From: Nemertoderma westbladi
Lineage: Eukaryota; Animalia; Xenacoelomorpha
Direction of reading: 5' to 3'
Length of the DNA stretch: 41,357 nt
NCBI GenBank assembly: GCA_032718475.1
Contig: JAUCBJ010000037.1
Coordinates: forward strand, 1 to 41,357
Shown one piece after another: positions 34,548 through 41,357 of this stretch. The notes beneath the pieces are model-generated. The model saw only the letters and a list, made by a program, of their open reading frames with translations. It made no database searches and was not told the DNA's origin. Each line of letters opens with the position of its first letter. The first letter of the stretch is position 1. Position numbers and translations under genes: made by a program.

Positions 34548-35451
34548 TAGTGTTGCATCGGGATCCTGATGGAAAATCCCGATCCCGATCCCGTTCCGAT
34601 CCCGATTCCGATGGAAAAATATCGGGATTTTCCTGGATATGCTATTTCTAAATTTATATGCCATGCAGCTTAAAATTTGTTAAATTGTATAAAAATGTAC
34701 ACTTTTTGCCAATAACAAAAACAAAAATTTTAAATTTTTAAAAAATTTTTAATTTCTAAAAAAAAGATTGTGACTTTCTGTTTTGTCAATTTCATTATTA
34801 AACAAGTTTTATATTGACGCATTTTCGGAAATTAATACATTTTCAATTTGAAATCTTTCACAATTTTACGTTATTTTGCTAGTTTATACACATTCGGAAT
34901 CTGAAAACACATAGGAAAACACAAGTTGAGTGAGACACTATAAACAAGTGATTCCTGGCTTCTTAGTGGTGTTGACCTGGTTCGTTGTCTTGACTCCTGT
35001 GACCGTAACTACGGGTGAAGTATATTTTTCGGAATTTTCCTTGAAAAAACATATTTCCGGAAAACTCACATCCCCAATGATTGATGAAGGATAGGTTGAT
35101 TTACATGATTTATAACTAATTTTTGAATCTGAATTTAAATCTGAAATTAATTCATTAAATATATTTAATTATACATGAATGTCTATAAATAATGAAACAC
35201 TTGTTGCTTTTCATTGAATACGATATACATTTTTATGTGGCAGCGATTAAGTCACACTGCTGTAGATATATTAAAAATGTTTCAGAGATTGTATTAAAAA
35301 CTATGTGAAATGAAATACGTACGCGGGAAATAAACTACGCATAAACTAACAATAAAGTTAGAAATCCCGATCCCGAAAATCGGGATAACGACAGTTGCAA
35401 TCCCGATCCCGAATCCCGATAATTGTGGATCCCGATCCCGTTGCATCACTA
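34548..35451. mobile_element. Non-autonomous DNA transposon (MITE), hAT-like termini
   Basis: TIRs TAGTGTTGCATCGGGATC / GATCCCGTTGCATCACTA (16/18); subterminal ATCCCG repeats at both ends; TSD not evident. Confidence 0.7.
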
Positions 35452-35504
35452 ATTACACCTCTTACATTATATTTAGTAGGTCATAGTTGCATTGAATTCA
35501 CATC

Positions 35505-35738
35505 TCTCGGGGGGTCGTAGATTTGATACCTGAACGGGTCAAGGGCAGTTTTTGTTTCGGCACGAATGCTTTACAGGGACCAGCCCGGGCCCATCTCCGC
35601 CGTGCATCCTTAAATTGTAGCTAAATGAATTTTGGGGTTTCCTCAGGGAGTATAGTACTGGGGGGACCGCACTGGAAATGCGTCGTTAGACTTTGTGTGT
35701 AATCCCTGGCCTTCCGGGGGAAGAAAACTTTACTTTGC
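35505..35738 (+). mobile_element. Possible 5'-truncated SINE
   Basis: GC-rich island with degenerate B-box-like GTCGTAGATTTGATACC and ACTTTACTTT tail; weak evidence. Confidence 0.3.
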
Positions 35739-36441
35739 GTTATTAATATTAATAAAGTCAAGTACATCTAATGCCAACATTGATTATTACAACTACTAAT
35801 TGAAACCAAGATAGTCTAGTCTGCCTGTAGTATGGTCATAGTATGAATATTGTTTGACGGAACCCGGCAGACCTACTTCATCACCAAACTCGAGACTCCT
35901 CTGATAACATAATGATTTATAGGCAAATTTGTTAAATTATTAGTGAAAAAAATAATATCGTCAGTTTTTTGTATATTTTCTACTTTTTAATATATCAAAA
36001 AAGTAATTAGGAATTGGAGAACATTGTTTGGTTGTAATGGCCACTGTGGGTGCAATAAAAAAAGAAATCTTAAATGATTAGTTGATATTAATTCAATTTA
36101 CCGCCATTCGAGGCTGTTAAATTTGTTTTGTTACGTTAAATATTTACAAATAAAAAATATATTAATAAGATTCCTCCTGAGTAATGGAAAAATTAATGTT
36201 TATTGTCTCTTTATTTCCACCATATTTATAATAATTATACTCTCAACAGCTTTGGAGATTATTATATGTAAAACTACCCGAATAAGTTATTTTACAACTA
36301 AATAAATAAGCCTACTGCACAACATTCACTTTATGTATTAGCATTAAAATTCAGTTCGGATTATTTTGTTTTAAATAATGTCCCATGTTTATTTTTCTGG
36401 ACTGTTTATGATTTATATACCCAGAGGTTCCTTGTATTCTA

Positions 36442-36571
36442 TTATAGACCGCTGGTGCATCCGTTTTGTTCCATCGGTGTTTCTTTTAGAATATCCGTCG
36501 CACATCTAGCAAAGACAGACCACGCACGATCAATATCCTTTGGCTGAGTGTAATAGTTTCCTATCGAAAAC
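36442..36571 (-). CDS. DDC: Aromatic L-amino acid decarboxylase-like, last exon
   Basis: TTTAG| (R)FSIGNYYTQPKDIDRAWSVFARCATDILKETPMEQNGCTSGL*; phase agrees with the previous exon. Confidence 0.8.
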
Positions 36572-37447
36572 CTAAATATAAAATTAGTTATTATTTAATT
36601 AACTAATTATTCGTTCCATTAGAGACCAGCTATCATATTAGAGAGGCGGGTGTTTATTCTTAAAAATAGCCTTTGTCCCGTTCTGTACAGTAGGTCTACA
36701 GCTACAGATTTAAGTTTGTACATTTTGTCCCGGCGGGAGAATAACATTATCAATAACCATGCCTTTCCATAGTCCTATACTGACCATAATTAAGGATATG
36801 GAATGCAGTGTCGATCTTTGTACTTTTTAGTGCCAATTTATCATGCTGATGCACTCGCTGCCCACACCAAATTTTATCCACGATCACCTCCTTAGTTACT
36901 TATTACTAAACCAACGCAATGGACAAATTAAAACGAATGTTGATTTTAAGTAAGACAATAACTAAAATAAATTAATTTAATTGCTTATAATATAAAGTAC
37001 AACATGCTGATTATTACATTACTATATTGCAAGTAAAAATTAAATTAACACAACTATTAACATCAATACTACCAACATGATTCGAATAGGCCTACAAATA
37101 TTACGGATAACAAGTTAATCCAGAATGGATCACAATTTTGACATCCTTATATAAAGATTTAAGCACTATTCCTTCCGATAGACAAAGCACACAACATGTA
37201 CCACCACAAGATGCCATTTTATGTTTGCAATGATTGAAGTTATTATGGCTTTCCAAAAGTAATGCACCACGTCCACCATGTAGATTGGAATATGACATAA
37301 TAATTATATATAATATTATTATATTAGGACTACATAACTGAATATACTGAATTTTGTTTGTTGAAAACAAAAATGCTTCATTGCGTGAATTGATATAGAA
37401 AATTGATCATCTACCTTTTGAAATATTTATGATATGTTTTTAGATAC

Positions 37448-37647
37448 CTGATTACGTATTTTCCGCTAATGCGTGTTGGAACACAATAAATCCCACCATC
37501 TTTGTTCGCCATGGCCAGAAGTTGCTCGTTAGTTTTGTCCGACGCTTTCAGTCGGAAACAAACTAGACTCAGCAAGACATTGTTTGAAACTTCAAAGCGA
37601 TTATCAGTGAGAACGAGTTCCTGGAATTGCTTAGCTAATGCCACATG
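37448..37647 (-). CDS. DDC: Aromatic L-amino acid decarboxylase-like, exon
   Basis: TTTTCAG| HVALAKQFQELVLTDNRFEVSNNVLLSLVCFRLKASDKTNEQLL...GKYVI-AG |GTATCT; LVCFRLK signature. Confidence 0.88.
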
Positions 37648-37799
37648 CTGAAAAAGTGAAATAAGTATTAAAATAGAGGGCGTTTGAGATAATACCCATG
37701 AATGAAATGATATTGTAAGAAGTCCATGAAGTTAACACCTTCACAGTTGGCGATCAGCTATGCAAACCCACAATTCATATGCATTATCCGGCCGAGTGA

Positions 37800-39530
37800 C
37801 CTTTATTAACAGTGCAGTCGCAACCCAGAACATTGGTCTAGTTTGTCCAGCTCTAAAGACTATAGTGACAAACTGCTACAGCCAGCCCACAAAACTCTTC
37901 ATTATTGGGGGCGAATACATTTCCTCCTCCGAGTGATTCACCCAGGGCGACCCGCTTGTAATGCCAAGCTATGCAATCGGAATGATCCCACTCCTGGATG
38001 AGTTGAAAGAGGCATCCGACACAATCCAGAAGTGGTATGCGGATGACGGGAATGCTGCTGGAGAGCTGTCCGAGATCAGAAAGTGGTGGGACGTACTATC
38101 CAGACGGGGGCCACTCTATTGGTACTTCCCCACCAAGTATACACTTCTTGTGAAACATGAGTTCCTTGTCGAAGCCCAGCAACTATTTACCAAACCATGT
38201 TTCGCCATTGGCATCCGAGGTAGTAATTGGAGTAATTGGTAATGACGAGTTCCGGGTCGAGTTTATTCAACACAAGGTGGCAGAGTTCATCCAACAGGTC
38301 AAACAGCCATAGCGACCATTGACCCCCACTGTGCCTATGCTGGTCTTGCTATAGGGTTGTCGGGCCGGTGGCGTTACCTCTCTAGGGGAGTATCAGGAGC
38401 GACCATACAGTTTGGAGAATTTGAGGATGCTGTTACTAACTCTCTGGTTGCGCTCACCGGTCAGCCCACTATTAGCCCCTCGGAAGTGCCACTCCCAGGC
38501 GACCTGGTGACACAGTTCAATAACTCTCGGTCATTATGCGAGCCATTCAACCAATTTGATGACCCAACAGATGCAAGGAAAGCACAGGAGGAAGCCGCGA
38601 AGGGGATAAAGGCAGTGGAAGCAGTCTGGCTAACAGTGAGGGAGGAAGAACTAAAGACACCACTGCCCCAGAACTACAACTACGACTTCAGGAGCTGACC
38701 TCAGAGAAGGGTGCATCGTCCTGGTTGAACTCTCGACCCATGACGTTACACTGCACCCATCTGAACAAACAGGAGTTCTGTGATGCTTTGTGCCTGCGCT
38801 TCGGTTGGCAGCCACGACTTCTCCCGGCCCGGTGTGCCTGTGTGACGCGATTTTCCGTCAATCATGCTTTGTCATGTCCCACAGGTGACCCTTCCATCCG
38901 CCATAACGAAGTCCGTGACTTCTTTGCAACTACCCTGACAGAAGTAACTCATAATGTCGCTGTTGAGCCACACTTGCAGCTAGTCACTGGTGAGCAATTC
39001 AGCCTTCGCTCAACCTCCACTGACCAACATGCTCGTGTCCTGTTGCGGGTTTTGGGGATCTTGTTCCCAAAAGTCATTCCTTGATGTCTCGGTATTCAAT
39101 CCCCTGGCTCAGTCGAAAGCCGCCATGAACCTCGAGTCTGCCCATCTACACCACGAGGCCCGCAAACGCAGCCACTATGAGGAACGGGTACGTGAGATCG
39201 AGCTCGCCACCTTCACGCCTTTGATTTTTTCGGCATTTGGTGGACTCCCCCCCGACGACAACCCAGTTTATCAAACGTCTTGGAATTCTCCTGTCAGAGA
39301 AGCGCGAGACGCCTTATTCGGAGTGCGTCCGCTGGGTTCGTCGGGAAGTGAGTTTCGCCCTCCTCCGTGCCGGCATACTGTGCCTCCGAGGTGCACGCTC
39401 TGCTCGACTTCGACCTGTACGCTGCGAGGGTCCCCTTCTAATGGTCAATTCGGACATTGACGTCTGATGGTGGAGAGAAGCAGAGGAGTCGGAAAGAAGG
39501 TATCGAAATCGAAAACAGAAGAAAAAAAAA
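37800..39530 (+). mobile_element. Decayed, 5'-truncated non-LTR retrotransposon, CRE-like (RT + restriction-like endonuclease), antisense in a DDC intron
   Basis: TQGDPL and WYADDG RT motifs; CAC..FSVNHALSC..RHNEVRD; GFW..FLDVSVFNP; HEARKRSHYEERVREIE..TFTPLIFSAFGG; several frameshifts and stops; A-rich tail ending at 39530. Confidence 0.85.
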
Positions 39531-40338
39531 TCGGGAGCAACTTTATTTTGACTGGACTTATATACGAACCAAAACATATCTACAATATAAACTGTGTAAT
39601 ATTGAGGCGGGATATAATTAGTATTAACATGTAGGCATTGCATTGTTGCCGAGTGTCCTGAACGATTCGGGAAGGTCAATCGTTCACCACCACGTTTCCT
39701 TTGCCTTTCTTTCCCCAACCATATAACCAATTATATAACAATCATATAACAAGATCACGCCCAGCTAATCAATACTACGGTTGCAACTCTCATCTTCCTT
39801 CGTGTCTGCTGGGTGGAGATTGAGATAATAATGATGTATCAATAATGAAGATGAGCTTAAGATGGAGGCCGATGAATGTGTGAAGATCGATCGAAATAAT
39901 TGATTTGCTACTAATTAACAATGTTATTACCGTTTTTATCTAGAATATTTCTTTCTCACCATATCATTGAAAGTTGAAATGGACTTTTAACGATCATGCT
40001 GTCCTTGTTAGAGAGGAAATTTTATGTTGAGATAATTTTAAAAGTTTTAGTTTATTAGTTGAACAATATTCACGGATGATGATGGGGCAGTGTGATGGAA
40101 CACCATCTTGAAAAGGTTATATTCATGACCAATCTTATGTTCTTATTCAATTATAATTAAAATCGATTCTTAATATAAATATAAATCTAAATAAATCAGA
40201 AATATATAATAAAAATTACGACCAAATTTATTATGTATTAATCTACACTTATCTACACTCATCACTTATCTACTTACACTATTATTAGTTGGCAATTTTC
40301 ACCCCGATAGACCTTAAAAATTATAGAAATGAATTTAC

Positions 40339-40410
40339 ACCTCCGTGGTGTAGTGGTTAGCATACCTGAACGTTTATCGGGAGACGCGGGTTCGATCCCC
40401 GCTGGTGGCG
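40339..40410 (+). pseudogene. tRNA-like element (tRNA pseudogene or SINE head)
   Basis: A-box TGGTGTAGTGG, B-box GGTTCGATCCC, paired anticodon and T stems; loop ACGTTTA lacks U33 and purine 37; two acceptor-stem mismatches; T6 downstream. Confidence 0.65.
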
Positions 40411-40715
40411 AATTCATTTTTTCCGCTCCATTTGCTATAGAGTTGGATCATCCTTAGTCCTGTTTAATTACTTATAATTTATAGAAACGAATCTTGCAAT
40501 TTTTGATTGATTTAAAAATTGAAATACGGTTTCTGGAATGTCCATCAATGACAGTAATTAATAGATTTCTCTAGGCCGATTTTATATTTAGTCTGTGACA
40601 TTTCTGCATGTGTGTAGTAAAAATCTCCATAGAGCATTGCAATTTGTTTTAGTTCTCACACTATCTTTGCTGCCCTAAATATGTAAACGTTTTACGAAAT
40701 AAAATAGAAGCTCAC

Positions 40716-40905
40716 CCGACGAATATGGGACTGGAGACCATTAACTCCTATCATACGCAAAACCATCCACAGTTTAAGAGCGCGAAATCGTCGACCTAAT
40801 CCCACTTGCCAGTGGCGATAATCGATAACTTTGGATTCTTTGTCGTGTTGAAGATACAATGGATTTACAACAAAGGACGAAGCGAATTCATGTCTGTCAT
40901 CAACC
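40716..40905 (-). CDS. DDC: Aromatic L-amino acid decarboxylase-like, exon
   Basis: TTCTAG| (W)[63 protein letters not shown] |GTGAG. Confidence 0.92.
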
Positions 40906-41275
40906 CTAGAATAAAAAAGCATAAGAACTCCAGTGATATTAAAACTAGATAGCAAAAACACATTTAATTTTAAATAATTTATATTTTGAATAATGTTTGA
41001 AACGTTTTCATTTCTTTTTCCATAGAGATACACCTTTCATTTTTACACTCAGGGTCTCTTTCAGCATTTAGGCAATAACCCTTAACCCATACGATGGTCT
41101 CGATAAATTGTGGATACAGGAGCAGCATCGTGTGATAGAAGGTAAATATATCCATAAGATTACTTACGTTTTAAATACATCACATTACCAGCGTATTATC
41201 TGTAGCGGCTGCGGACTAATCGTTTTGAAAACAAATTTATATTAACACAATAATAGTTTTAATAATTACACTTAC

Positions 41276-41357
41276 CACAAGACTGACATATCAAAATTAG
41301 TCAATAACCATTTATGAGCGTTAAAGTTGTACGACTTCGCATATTCCAATCCCTTCG
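41276..41357 (-). CDS. DDC: Aromatic L-amino acid decarboxylase-like, partial exon with the PLP-binding lysine (continues beyond the window)
   Basis: KGLEYAKSYNFNAHKWLLTNFDMSVL-TG |GTAAG; corresponds to SFNFNPHKW in group II PLP decarboxylases. Confidence 0.9.

Overview
Eukaryotic, AT-rich, probably invertebrate metazoan genomic DNA. It carries an intronless spermine synthase gene (minus strand, 6308-7447) and a 7-exon hexa-EF-hand calbindin/secretagogin-family gene (plus strand, 13335-33268, 289 aa when spliced by hand). It also carries the last four exons of an aromatic L-amino acid decarboxylase gene (minus strand, 36442 to beyond 41357), an intronic tRNA-Asn(GTT), a tRNA-like element, several MITEs, a decayed CRE-like non-LTR retrotransposon, long palindromes and satellites. 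The most striking feature is in the calbindin-like gene. Three of its six introns contain large tandem arrays (38, 42 and 40 bp units; 97, about 90 and 48 copies). Each unit is a copy of the gene's own exon/intron junction: coding sequence plus the splice site, always at an AG|GT junction. The functional splice site sits at the exon-proximal edge of each array. Exon boundaries were inferred by manual translation and GT/AG/phase logic; there is no transcript evidence.
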